From positions 27,424,738 through 27,459,051 of the forward strand of contig NC_068996.1 in NCBI RefSeq assembly GCF_001194135.2: a DNA stretch of 34,314 nucleotides, in the 5' to 3' direction. Shown here in pieces: positions 1 through 11,880 of this stretch. The position numbers and the translations under genes are program-made. Below the pieces are notes generated by a model that saw only the letters and a program-made list of their open reading frames with translations, did not search any database and was not told the origin of the DNA. Every line of letters begins with the position of its first letter. Position 1 is the first letter of the stretch. The DNA is from Octopus bimaculoides (taxonomy: Eukaryota).

Positions 1-89
1 ATAATATATATATATATATGTGTGTGTGTGTGAGTGTGTGTGTGTGTGTGAGTGTGTGTGTGTGTGTGAGTGTGTGTGTGTGTGTGTGT
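1..89. repeat. (TA)n then (TG)n microsatellite with periodic GA interruptions
   Basis: Direct reading: atatatat followed by tgtgtg...gagtgtgt units. Confidence 0.95.
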
Positions 90-612
90 TTTCCTACACA
101 TCTTCGTAACCTTCTCCCACTCTCTCGTTCATACCTACCTCTTCCTCTCTCCTTCCCTCATATATGTTCCTCCCTTTCCCGATCCTCTCTCCCTCCCTTT
201 ATCACTCTTTACACATACCTCTTTCCCTCTCTCTTCCATATCTTACTCTTTTTCTCATCTCTTTCCCTCCTTTTCATATCTTCCTCTTTTCTCACTTTTC
301 TTTCCTTTCCTTTGTCTCTCTCAACATCTACCTCACTTCCTGTCACCTCACCCTCTCACTCATATACTTCTTATTTTTCCCCTCTTTTCACTCCGTTTCT
401 CCCTTTCCCATACATCCTTCATCCTTTCCTGTCTCCCTTTCTATTCCCTACCTCTCCCTCACTCTGTCTCTCTTTCTTTCCCCTTCCTCTACCTCCCTCT
501 GTCTCGCTAACACCCCACACTCCCTCTCTCTTTCCCTATTCCCCACCTCTGTGTTTCTTATTTTCTACCTCCCTCTATCTCTCACTTCCTCTCTGTCTTC
601 TACTCCCCCTCT
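90..612 (+). repeat. Pyrimidine-rich (C/T) low-complexity tract
   Basis: About 520 bp with very few G on the + strand; the Ser/Leu/Phe/Pro-rich ORFs here are by-products. Confidence 0.9.
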
Positions 613-629
613 GGGCTTAAGGAACGAAG

Positions 630-2915
630 ATGGCACCAACGTGGGAGAAGAAAGAATTGAATCTTCTGTTGTGAGCATGGATGATTGCTAGCGATGATCC
701 GCCAAACAAGATCATCACTGCTGCACTGAAAAACAATGGCTTTTGTAGAACCATTGATCAGATAGAGCATAAGAAAAATGAATTTTCCGATCCTATATGC
801 TCATCAGACTACACATCGACACCCTGAATGTCATAATGGAAAACTATTGTGGCAAGGCTGATAAGGATGGAGAAGATGAAAAGGAAACAAAACCTGGAAG
901 TTTCTTTGATCCAGTGGTTCCTCAAAAGAATGGATCCCCCACCCCTGTAAACAACCAGGCAAAAAGGATAGGGGAGCCAAGGAAGCAGCAACTAGAAGCC
1001 CCTCTGTGTCAGTGGCCATACAAAGGAACGGAGCCCTCACCCCATTGGACAACCAGAGGAAAAAAGTTCCCACCGCAAAAGGAAGGATAAAACATGAACA
1101 CAAGCATAAAGAAGGAAAGGAAGAAAAAGGAAAAGACAAAAATGAAACAACCAAAACCGAAACCCCAACCTGCCAAATAAAAAACAGAAAACCCCTGGAG
1201 GATCCAATGCAATCCAAAACCCTACAGGAAAGAAGAAATTTGGAAGGGACTCAAGGTCCTACAGATTTCACCTGCAAGGCAAATGTTGGCATGGGGAAGA
1301 TGGCAAAAACTGCTGGTTTGTTCACTTGAGACCCCACCAAAACTACAGGGGCCTTAAGGAGAAAAACTTCCCTGAGGAAAGACAACAAACGTCTGCAAGG
1401 AAAATCTATATGAAAGAAGTGCGCTCTTCAGAGGTTATGCACAAGGCAGCAGCTGAGCAAGAATCTCTTTTGTACATGGCGCAAAAAACTGTGCAACAGC
1501 TGACCTGGCTGCACCAAGCGCAAACAAGGAACCTTGCCCATCACTGTACAAGACCACCACAGTCAACAGACATGGGATGGCTTCCCCTAATGCCTGTACA
1601 GTTGTCACACCAATATTTTTACTAAATATTGGGGCCCTGTTGCATCATAATAAAAGCAAAATATTTCTTCCCTGAGAGACCTTGCTGCATGCAATCAAGC
1701 CCTATGCATAGCACTCGCGGAAACTCACCTCAGCCCTGATATAGAGGATGCTGAAGTACACGTACCAAAATATGCCATACTGCAAACAGACAGAAGGGAA
1801 AGGAGCCATGGTGGAGTTGCTGTATACATCTGTGATGACCTTACACCCCAGGTCCTACTGTCATACTCAAATTCAGTATGTGACACTTTAATTTTATACA
1901 TTAGACAACACAATATAGTCATATGCAATACATAGTGCTCCAAACCACATAGGCAAATTTGAAGATTGCCTCACAAGAATTAAAGAAATCCTCATGAAAC
2001 TGGAACACCAAATGAGCATATTTCTTATGGATGATTTCAACTTCCCCAATGTCAAATGGCCCAAAGATCTCATACTCTCAGGAATGACTCATTTCAAGCA
2101 AGCACAGGTGGAGTCCCTGCTCAACCTCACCAATGCCCTATTCATGGAGCAAGCTGTACTCAGACCAACTAGGGTGAATATCATTTTGGATCTCTGCTTC
2201 ACAAACAATATGGACATCATTCATGATGTGAAAGTGACGTTGACATTAGTCTCGGATCACAACATAATAGAGCTGTCTATGTTTGGGCCGAAAGAAACCA
2301 GAGACATACAGTCTAAAGGAAGCACCCAAAATCTCTCAAATCTGAACTTCCACAAAGCAGACTGGAAATCGATCCAGAGAGAGATCCTCAGATAGGACTA
2401 GCCAAAATGTCTCTCCACACCGGACATTGACATGAAACTAGAATGTTTCATGTCTGTTGTGCAAGCCATATGCCAGAAATATGTCCCAGAGCACAAGGCC
2501 AAAACAACTAGGAACAAGATTCCAAGGGAGAGGAAGATCCTCATGAGACGACAGACAAAGGTTGCTAATCGACTCAACCAACATCCCAAAAGTAGCGAAA
2601 GCGACACCAATGCCAGAATGGGTTGACACTGCATAGTGCCAAAGGTCCCAGCAATGCCATTGCACTTCAGGACCAGTTACTGTAACAGCCTGGGTTTCAG
2701 GGGCCCACAGCTTTTTAATATTCTTCCAAAGAGCCTGAGGAACCTGCACAAAGTAGATGTATGCATTTTTAAATCAAGGTGCAAATGAGGGTAGCTACAT
2801 CAAACTCCATTCTTCACCAAGTGCCACATATTAGAGGAGGTTCTCAGTAATAACAGTGTAGCAAAATGCCAGTGCTCCAGCATGGCCACAGGTCTGAGCT
2901 GAAACTAAAAAAAAA
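630..2915 (+). mobile_element. Degraded APE-type LINE (CR1/L2-like group) with ORF1 remnant, endonuclease and 3' end; RT domain internally deleted
   Basis: ATG at 630 opens a broken, Lys-rich ORF1-like region. Endonuclease motifs run from ~1610 to 2300. The ORF2 C-terminal motif NSLGFRGPQLFNILPKSLRN lies at ~2670-2740, followed by a short 3' UTR and an A-run at 2907-2915. Confidence 0.8.
1610..2395 (+). pseudogene. LINE ORF2 apurinic-like endonuclease domain (frameshifted)
   Basis: Translates as LLNIG...CIALAETHL...YAILQTDR..RSHGGVAVYI...MDDFNFPNVKW...PTRVNIILDLCFTN...SDHNII, the canonical APE motif order, with frameshifts near 1670 and 1930. Confidence 0.88.
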
Positions 2916-2922
2916 TTATATA

Positions 2923-2989
<67 letters not shown>

Positions 2990-2990
2990 A
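2916..2990. repeat. Compound microsatellite (TA)n(TATG)n(TA)n(TG)n
   Basis: Direct reading. Confidence 0.95.
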
Positions 2991-3149
2991 TTGTAAAATC
3001 TTTCGAATATTGTGGGTGTTACTTTCCCAAACTCCTGTGTTAAGTGAAAATCTGTGAAGTACGAACAGTACTGTACTGTATATTTTTTAAAATTACTTTT
3101 AGTATTTATATATATTTTTTTTATTACAATGGGAAAACAACGCCACCAA

Positions 3150-3207
3150 GGATTTGAGAGGTGAACCGCAATAGGTGAACTGTGGTATGTCAAAGGATTA
3201 CTGTATA
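3150..3207 (+). mobile_element. Possible right end of a pogo/Tigger-like DNA element
   Basis: gtgaaccgcaataggtgaactgtggtatgtcaaaggattactg|ta resembles Tigger-type termini ending ACTG-TA; no matching left end found. Confidence 0.35.
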
Positions 3208-3249
3208 TGTTTATCTCTCTCTCTCTCTCTCTCTCACTGTATATGTGAG

Positions 3250-3538
3250 GTTATTGCCTGTACCGCTGGACTGACTCCTGTGCAGGTGGCACGTAAAAAA
3301 AAACATTTCAGTGTGGCCGTTGCCAGTACCTCCTGACTGGCCCTTGTGCCCGTGGCACGTAAAAGCACCCACTACACTCTCAGAATGGTTGGTGTTAGGA
3401 AGGGCATCCAGCTGTAGAAACTCTGCCAGATCAGATTGGAGCCTGGTGTAGCCATCTGGTTTACCAGTCCTCAGTCAAATCGTCCAACCCATGCTAGCAT
3501 GGAATGCGGACGTTAAAAGATGATGATAATGATGATGA
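3250..3538 (+). mobile_element. 5'-truncated retroposon 3' end (RTE-type 3' UTR or derived SINE) with (GAT)n tail
   Basis: Two gtggcacgtaaaa modules, then ...acccatgctagcatggaatgcggacgttaaaagatgatgataatgatgatga; short tandem-repeat tails are typical of RTE-clade 3' ends. Confidence 0.65.
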
Positions 3539-3647
3539 TATATATATATATATATATATATATAAACATAATTAAAGGATAAAATCTTTAAAATTAACAT
3601 ATCTTATCAGTGGCCAGCATTCATGATATCAACTTGTCTGTATTGTA

Positions 3648-3982
3648 AAGTGAAAATTTTTAGTGGCTAAACATATTTGGCATCTATTTTCAGCATATAG
3701 GCATGGTAGCTTCTTAATTAGAATTGCATTCTATACAATTATGTATCTCTATATATGAATTTTACCTAAAAGATTATTTTTTTCATTTGCTGATCAAAGT
3801 GGATTGACCCAAAATTCATAAAATAATTCTGAATTATTCTATGAATTTTTGGTCCCTCCACTTTTCCTGAATTCAACCAGTAAAGTGAAAATTTTGAGTG
3901 CTAGACATATTTCACATCTATTTTCAGTATATAGGCATGGTAGCTTCTGTGTCTTTAATTATAATTGTATTGTATACAATTA
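3648..3982 (+). repeat. Diverged ~95-bp direct repeat (3648-3742 and 3882-3982)
   Basis: Both copies read aaagtgaaaatttt..gtg.cta.acatattt..catctatttttcag.atataggcatggtagcttct...tatacaatta. Confidence 0.8.
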
Positions 3983-5132
3983 NNNNNNNNNNGTAATGAA
4001 AAATCAAAGAGGTGTACTCTTTTCAAGAAATAACACCGTAGGGCTCATTTTATTGAGCAATTAGACTAAAGTATTAATTAGAAAGAGACAAATTGCAAGG
4101 TTGGTAATACTCGTTAAATCCAACATATATCTAAACACAAAGGGTATATATAAGCCATTATAAATATGCAAACATATAACATATAAAAACATGTATATAC
4201 ATATTATAGTAATTCTGTGTAATTCTGTGCCAAAATCAAAGTCAGATGAAGAATTGCATAAGTCCATAGAGTCAAATCAAAAAGGTTTCATGCTGATGAG
4301 ATGACAGTTCACAATAATCTAAAAGGGAAGTCCTCAAATGAATCCAATAAATACAAAAGGATCTTATGGCCTTAAGGTCCTCTCATATTTATTGATTACC
4401 ACAGATGAAGCACAGATAAACAAAGAAAAATTTTCATACAAAAGTACAAGCCAAGATTTAACTTTAACAGAGTACATACACAAATAACTATTCACGCAAA
4501 ACTCATTCTACCACTTATCATATGGAACCTACACAGCTAAGAACCTAAACTTTAGCCACTGCGCTACACACAAATGACTCCTGTCCACTTTCTCACCAGA
4601 CAGATTAAATTTGGACTGCCTTGATTATAACTAAATGTGTCAGCCTTCTTTTTAGGCACAAAATATACTGTCATGTGACACTAACGCATGGACATAGCAG
4701 GAAACGAAAGGTTATAAGCTTAATCAAGTGTTCATTCTCTACAAACACTTGACAGAAAACATTCAATGCATTTATTGTTTGGACATGTTCAGTCAACCGT
4801 GTCAGCCTTAACTTATGACACCAAACATTGTCACTTGATACTAACACATGGATGTAGAGGGGACCCACAAAAATTTCTAAGACCAATCATATGACTATCC
4901 TCTACCAATCACATCCTATTCAAAACATATACTAATTTGAGCCATGAACTCCCTATAATAATAGGGCAAGCTTCAAACTCTAGTAAGAAGCAAGACAGCT
5001 GCCACATAAGCCACATCTCTCTATTTCAACTTTTTGAAAATCAGTGTAAACTATGAAACTGGTTAAATCTTTAAATATAATAATAAAAACTATTTTAACT
5101 ATTCTCAGTGCATTTTCAACTTCTATTTTACC

Positions 5133-5163
<31 letters not shown>

Positions 5164-5983
5164 ATGTGTGTGTATGTGTGTATANNNNNNNNNNNNNNNN
5201 NNNNNNNNNNNNNNNNNNNNNNNNNNNNNNNNNNNNNNNNNNNNNNNNNNNNNNNNNNNNNNNNNNNNNNNNNNNNNNNNNNNNNNNNNNNNNNNNNNNN
5301 NNNNNNNNNNNNNNNNNNNNNNNNNNNNNNNNNNNNNNNNNNNNNNNNNNNNNNNNNNNNNNNNNNNNNNNNNNNNNNNNNNNNNNNNNNNNNNNNNNNN
5401 NNNNNNNNNNNNNNNNNNNNNNNNNNNNNNNNNNNNNNNNNNNNNNNNNNNNNNNNNNNNNNNNNNNNNNNNNNNNNNNNNNNNNNNNNNNNNNNNNNNN
5501 NNNNNNNNNNNNNNNNNNNNNNNNNNNNNNNNNNNNNNNNNNNNNNNNNNNNNNNNNNNNNNNNNNNNNNNNNNNNNNNNNNNNNNNNNNNNNNNNNNNN
5601 NNNNNNNNNNNNNNNNNNNNNNNNNNNNNNNNNNNNNNNNNNNNNNNNNNNNNNNNNNNNNNNNNNNNNNNNNNNNNNNNNNNNNNNNNNNNNNNNNNNN
5701 NNNNNNNNNNNNNNNNNNNNNNNNNNNNNNNNNNNNNNNNNNNNNNNNNNNNNNNNNNNNNNNNNNNNNNNNNNNNNNNNNNNNNNNNNNNNNNNNNNNN
5801 NNNNNNNNNNNNNNNNNNNNNNNNNNNNNNNNNNNNNNNNNNNNNNNNNNNNNNNNNNNNNNNNNNNNNNNNNNNNNNNNNNNNNNNNNNNNNNNNNNNN
5901 NNNNNNNNNNNNNNNNNNNNNNNNNNNNNNNNNNNNNNNNNNNNNNNNNNNNNNNNNNNNNNNNNNNNNNNNNNNNNNNNNNN

Positions 5984-7262
5984 CTTGCCTCAACAGGTCT
6001 TCGCAAGCAGAGTTTAGTGTCCAATGAAAGAAAGGTACACATAAGTGGGCTGGCTACACCCCTGGCAGAGGCCTTGGATTATGGTCTCACTTGGCTTGCT
6101 GGGTCTTCTCATGCACAGCATATTTCCAAAGGTCTCGGTCACAAGTCATTGCCTCGGTGAGGCCTAATGTCCGAAGGTCGTGCTTCACCACCTCATCCCA
6201 GGTCTTCCTGAGTCTACCTCTTCCACAGGTTCCCTCAACTGCTAGGGTGTGGCACTTTTTCACACAGCTATCCTCATCCACTCTTGCCACATGACCATAC
6301 TAGTGCAATCGTCTCTCTTGCACACTACAACTGATGCTGCTTGGGTTCAACTTTTCTCTCAAGGTAGCTGCACTCTGTGGAGTATGCACACTAACATTAC
6401 ACATTTATCGGAGCATACTGGCTTCATTCCTTGCGATCTTACACATGTCCTCAGCAGTCACGGCCCATGTTTCACTGCCATATAGCATGGCCGTTCATAC
6501 ACATGCGTCATACAGTCTGCCTTTTACTCTGAGTGAGAGGCCCTTTGTCACCAGCAGAGGTAAGAGCTCTCTGAACTTTGCCCAGGCTATTCTTATTCTA
6601 GCAGCTACACTTTCAGCTCACCCTTCCCCACTACTAACTTGGTCACCCAGATAGCGGAAGCTATCAACTACATCCAGTTTTTCTCCCTGGAATGTAGCAC
6701 AAGTTGCTTTCTGCACATTTTCAGTGTTTATTGCTCCTGAATATCTGCCATATACAAAAACTAACTTCCTAGTTAGCCTTCCTTTGATATTGCTGCACCT
6801 CTTATGTGTCCATAGCTTACACTGGGTACTTCTTATAGAGTTTCTACGTATGCCTTTTCTACAGATCGAGCAGGGCCATCTACCTGAAGGGGTTTGTGTT
6901 TTGTCTACCTTCCTACTTATTAGGACTTTGGTCTTAGCTAGATTGACTCTAAGGCCCTTCGATTCTAGTCCTCAATTCTAGTTCTTGCTTCCACACCTGA
7001 AACTTCTCTAGTTCTGATAGTGACTCAGCAATTAGCGCAAGGTCATCAGCATAGAGGAGCTCCCAGGGGCATCCTGTCTTGATTCCTGTGTTATTGCCTG
7101 GAGGACTGAATCTTGGTGGACCCCTGTCTCTACCTGGAATTCTTCACTGTACTCGTTTCCAACCCTCACCTTACTGACAGCATCTCTAACACATGGCTCA
7201 CACAGCTCTCACTAACCATTCTTCTATCCCTAGTTTCCTCATTGACCACCAGATAAGGGATA
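5984..7262 (-). mobile_element. 5'-truncated RTE-clade LINE: RT domain, C-terminus and start of 3' UTR (pseudogenised)
   Basis: Minus translation: LIWWSMRKLGIEEWLV...GVHQDSVL...CPWELLYADDLALIAES (YADD at 7042-7053)...GLRVNLAKTK...FRYLG...LYGSETW...GRGRLRKTWDEVVKHDL..DRDLW. Confidence 0.92.
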
Positions 7263-7908
7263 TTTCTTGGTTAATCAATCATATACAGTTCATTTGGAAC
7301 TAAATCTAGATTTGTTATACATTTTTAAACATCACTTTCACTTTGCCAAACTGTAGCTGACATGGAAGAAATTTCTATTTCTGCAACACACTTGTTTTCA
7401 TTGGTGATATAGTTATAAGTGGACATAGAGACTCTATTGGCCCTCTTACTTTTGACCCAATAAAACACCCAGGCTATAACTGAGAGAGAGAGAGAAAGAA
7501 CTGGGATTGTTGTTCCTGAAAGAATGAAAGGAAATATTGATCTTGGTAGGATTTGAAATTAGAACACAGATTTTATCCAACACTTTAATGATTTTGTTAG
7601 CTGATCAACTTACAAATCTATCCACTTAATGTGAATATGCAAGTAAAAACATCTATAGTTTTCTGCTCTCTGTTGTTCATCAACTTCTCTTCAGGGTTGA
7701 TAAACATGCCCAGCTTTAAAGTCGGGGTACACTAGGCAGTTGCTGGAGGAGGAATACGTGTATAAAGATTCTCAATGCCAATCTATATGTTATATATGTA
7801 GGGGCCACAGTGCATCGATTTTTTTTAATGCCTATAGTACTGTTACCATGGCCCTGCTAAATATTAGTATTTGAGTGATATCAGCACTTGATTTAAGGAA
7901 AAGAACTA

Positions 7909-7910
<2 letters not shown>

Positions 7911-7959
<49 letters not shown>
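7911..7959. repeat. (CT)n microsatellite running into a gap
   Basis: Direct reading. Confidence 0.95.
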
Positions 7960-8241
7960 NNNNNNNNNNNNNNNNNNNNNNNNNNNNNNNNNNNNNNNNN
8001 NNNNNNNNNNNNNNNNNNNNNNNNNNNNNNNNNNNNNNNNNNNNNNNNNNNNNNNNNNNNNNNNNNNNNNNNNNNNNNNNNNNNNNNNNNNNNNNNNNNN
8101 NNNNNNNNNNNNNNNNNNNNNNNNNNNNNNNNNNNNNNNNNNNNNNNNNNNNNNNNNNNNNNNNNNNNNNNNNNNNNNNNNNNNNNNNNNNNNNNNNNNN
8201 NNNNNNNNNNNNNNNNNNNNNNNNNNNNNNNNNNNNNNNNN

Positions 8242-8345
8242 AGCAATACATTCACATTTAAATGTTCGTCTTCCACCTGGACGTTTTATTTGACAACATC
8301 TTCCACCATGTTTACATCTTCCTTTTGGACACAACCAGTCTTCAC
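8242..8345 (-). CDS. Coding exon (partial, 3' end lost in gap) for an EGF-like domain
   Basis: Minus-strand acceptor ttttgtctttcattttcAG|GT, phase 1. Frame reads EDWLCPKGRCKHGGRCCQIKRPGGRRTFKCECIA, matching EGF spacing C-x4-C-x5-C-x13-C-x-C with the C.HGG.C signature; C6 would fall in the gap. Confidence 0.75.
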
Positions 8346-10569
8346 CTGAAAATGAAAGACAAAATGAGATACATAGAAGGTTAGAACTTGATTTAATTTA
8401 GACAAATAGCATTTCTGTAACTAAAACAGGTTTTATTTCAATATTCTGTTGATTAAAATACCCCTTTGTTTAATATGCCAAGAATGGGTGCATGTACATA
8501 TAGTGTTTTTAGGCCATCTCAAGAGACAAAAACAATTGGACATAGGTTTGCATAGATCATTGTCAATGTCATCATTATTAACTTCCACTTTTCTAAGTGT
8601 GTGCATGGGTCAGATGGAATTTGTTAAGATAGATTATTTTCTAAAGCTGGATGCTCTTCCTGTTGTCAACCCTCATCTGTTAGAGTCCTTCTCCCTTTCC
8701 TTTCCACCCTTTCTCCCACCCTCTATCTTTTTCACTCTTTCTCACTTACACATCATTATGTCTACTCCATATTTGGTTATGTTTCCCTGTTATTTCTGTT
8801 GTACATTAACAACATCCCTATTATGAATAATGTACAATAAGGCGGTGTGGGTGATAGCTACATCTTTTGCAGGCAGATATTGTCCACACCTCCTGAAGAG
8901 AGATGCTACATTCTATGAACACACACACCGAGTTATGCTCTTTTGTCATTTCATAGTTTCTTTCATTTTGTATTTGTTTTTTAAAGTTCAATTTGCTTAT
9001 CTGTAGAAGAATTGTTAGTGCGTCAGACAAAAATGTTTAGCAGTATTTCTTCAGGCTCTTTTTGTTCTGAGTGCAAATCCGGCCTAAGTCAACTTAACCT
9101 TTTATTCTTCCACTGTCGTTAGTAATCAAGGCCAATGCAATCAATTTGTCCCCTACCCTCAAAACTGCCAGCCTTGTACCAAATTTCTCATTTTGTGAGG
9201 TCTTCCTCAATATAATGCTTAATACCAGATGAACACTGATCGAGCAGGCCTTATGATCAAAGAATTCTGATAATCGACACTTTTTATTAAGATTATGTAT
9301 AACTACATGAGCTATTCCATCTGTTCATTTTCTTTCATTTTTGGAGCAAAGTGTATATTAGACAGCACTATTCATTGTGTCTTCCTTTATTTAAGATGAC
9401 AGAGTGTAGTTTGAGAGAGATTTGACTGCCATTTCTAGTAGGTCGAATATCTTCAGTGTCCTGCCTTTACATCCATAAAACTAAATTTGCATTACTCAGC
9501 TGATGTCACTTCCGGCTCCTTTGTTTAACAGGTATGNNNNNNNNNNNNNNNNNNNNNNNNNNNNNNNNNNNNNNNNNNNNNNNNNNNNNNNNNNNNNNNN
9601 NNNNNNNNNNNNNNNNNNNNNNNNNNNNNNNNNNNNNNNNNNNNNNNNNNNNNNNNNNNNNNNNNNNNNNNNNNNNNNNNNNNNNNNNNNNNNNNNNNNN
9701 NNNNNNNNNNNNNNNNNNNNNNNNNNNNNNNNNNNNNNNNNNNNNNNNNNNNNNNNNNNNNNNNNNNNNNNNNNNNNNNNNNNNNNNNNNNNNNNNNNNN
9801 NNNNNNNNNNNNNNNNNNNNNNNNNNNNNNNNNNNNNNNNNNNNNNNNNNNNNNNNNNNNNNNNNNNNNNNNNNNNNNNNNNNNNNNNNNNNNNNNNNNN
9901 NNNNNNNNNNNNNNNNNNNNNNNNNNNNNNNNNNNNNNNNNNNNNNNNNNNNNNNNNNNNNNNNNNNNNNNNNNNNNNNNNNNNNNNNNNNNNNNNNNNN
10001 NNNNNNNNNNNNNNNNNNNNNNNNNNNNNNNNNNNNNNNNNNNNNNNNNNNNNNNNNNNNNNNNNNNNNNNNNNNNNNNNNNNNNNNNNNNNNNNNNNNN
10101 NNNNNNNNNNNNNNNNNNNNNNNNNNNNNNNNNNNNNNNNNNNNNNNNNNNNNNNNNNNNNNNNNNNNNNNNNNNNNNNNNNNNNNNNNNNNNNNNNNNN
10201 NNNNNNNNCCGAACTAGAAGTTTATTGAATAATTAATTCCATAGAAGATTCCAAAGCTATCGAACCTATGTTTGCTAAGGGGACTGCAATCAAAAACTGA
10301 AACCGTTCGGCGAAATCATCTCGGTCGTTTATCTCTTGCTTCAAGAAAATTACTTTATATCATATCGTAGTCTCTAATGGCTTTTCTTCACACATGGAAA
10401 CTTAGCAGAGACCACTTCTCTAATCAGATTTTTTGGTAAATTTCTGTATTAACACCTGCACGATTTTAACTCAGAAAAAAAAACAAAAAAAAACTCGGAT
10501 TTTTTGTGTGGATTCAAGTACCCTGACCTCCTAATATGCTGCAAATTTCTTATTTTGGTTCCGAAAAGG

Positions 10570-10735
10570 GGGAGGTGAGGAGTCATCGCTAAAGCGACGC
10601 CAACGATAGCAGGAACTTCACCGTTAGCGGCTCAGCCTATCTCAGATGCCAAAGGCTGGAAGAAATGATTCACTGACAGCTCCCAGTACTTATGGGACTT
10701 TGTTCCGTTTGGCTACGGAAACAGTGACCCTCGAA
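10570..10735 (-). mobile_element. CRE-like non-LTR retrotransposon fragment (restriction-like endonuclease C-terminus)
   Basis: Minus translation SVAKRNK..KYWELSVNHFFQPLASE..PLTVKFLLSL; homologous to 12030-12170. Confidence 0.65.
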
Positions 10736-11880
10736 GTACTCGTGGAACCTAAAGTTTCATTTGTCAAATTCCCTTAGGTATCAACAAAAGCTTGTTTTGC
10801 TTTCGTAATGTCGAATTGTAAGCTCGTTGTTGGTCACGTTACATGTCTCAATTTTTAACCCGAACCTGTTTACTGGAGAGCTTTGTATATAAATAAAACC
10901 TGCCGACAGTATGTTCGGTTTATCGTCGTTTCTGAAAATTGCTATCAATGGTCTTGACTGTCAAGACTATTGATAAGGTTGCAAGACGCAACGAAAGTTT
11001 TAGGAAAATAAAAATAAGTGGAAATTTTACCGGTGAGTGTGTTAAATTTCAAGGCACAATAAGAAAATGACTCTCCCCAGACACAACAGAATATGCTTCA
11101 ACACACGAAATCACATAAAAAGAATCTTGCAAACCAAATCCAAAAGAAAACTGCTAATTTAAGAAAAAGTACCAGCATTACCTTCCCTCCAAAATGAATG
11201 AAAATAATTCCCCTCTTGAAATAATCTGCTTCCCCCCCCCCTTTTTNNNNNNNNNNNNNNNNNNNNNNNNNNNNNNNNNNNNNNNNNNNNNNNNNNNNNN
11301 NNNNNNNNNNNNNNNNNNNNNNNNNNNNNNNNNNNNNNNNNNNNNNNNNNNNNNNNNNNNNNNNNNNNNNNNNNNNNNNNNNNNNNNNNNNNNNNNNNNN
11401 NNNNNNNNNNNNNNNNNNNNNNNNNNNNNNNNNNNNNNNNNNNNNNNNTTCTAAAGTTGGTCTTATGTATTGACCAATGCGAAGTAGCACAGGAACGTTT
11501 GTATTTTATGCTTTGACTTTAAAAAAAAAAAAAAAGAAAGGGTTCTCTCCAGTCGACTCATTATTTCCTGAGAAAATTGTGATGAAATTTTTAAAATTTA
11601 ATAATTGCTTTGCTTTCATACCTCAGCTATTGTTAAAAAGTTGGCAATTTTACGAGTTAAATAGCATGGCTAAATCATTTGTACCAGACTACATAATTTG
11701 CCCCCTAAATTTTCTAGTTCAAATTCTAAGTGGCTAATTTGTTTTTTCAGTTGGGAAATAGAATTTCAAAAGCAATTGTCCTATGAACACTGTATATTTT
11801 TTGTCGTACATTTTTCTTTCAAAATGAGAAGTTTCTAATTTTTCCTAATCTTTGCTGAAATTGTATTGAAACAATTTGTG

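Noticed and set aside
18-691. Three overlapping 146-200-aa ORFs
   Set aside because: Products of (TG)n and a pyrimidine tract that lacks stop codons; low-complexity translation.
7735-7786. Possible terminal exon of the EGF gene (IGIENLYTRIPPPATA*)
   Set aside because: The acceptor lacks a pyrimidine tract and the frame cannot be tied to the upstream exon because of the gap.
4980-10228. Long ORFs spanning N runs (also 11098-11490, 20850-21196, 28577-29590)
   Set aside because: Open only because N codons are not stops.
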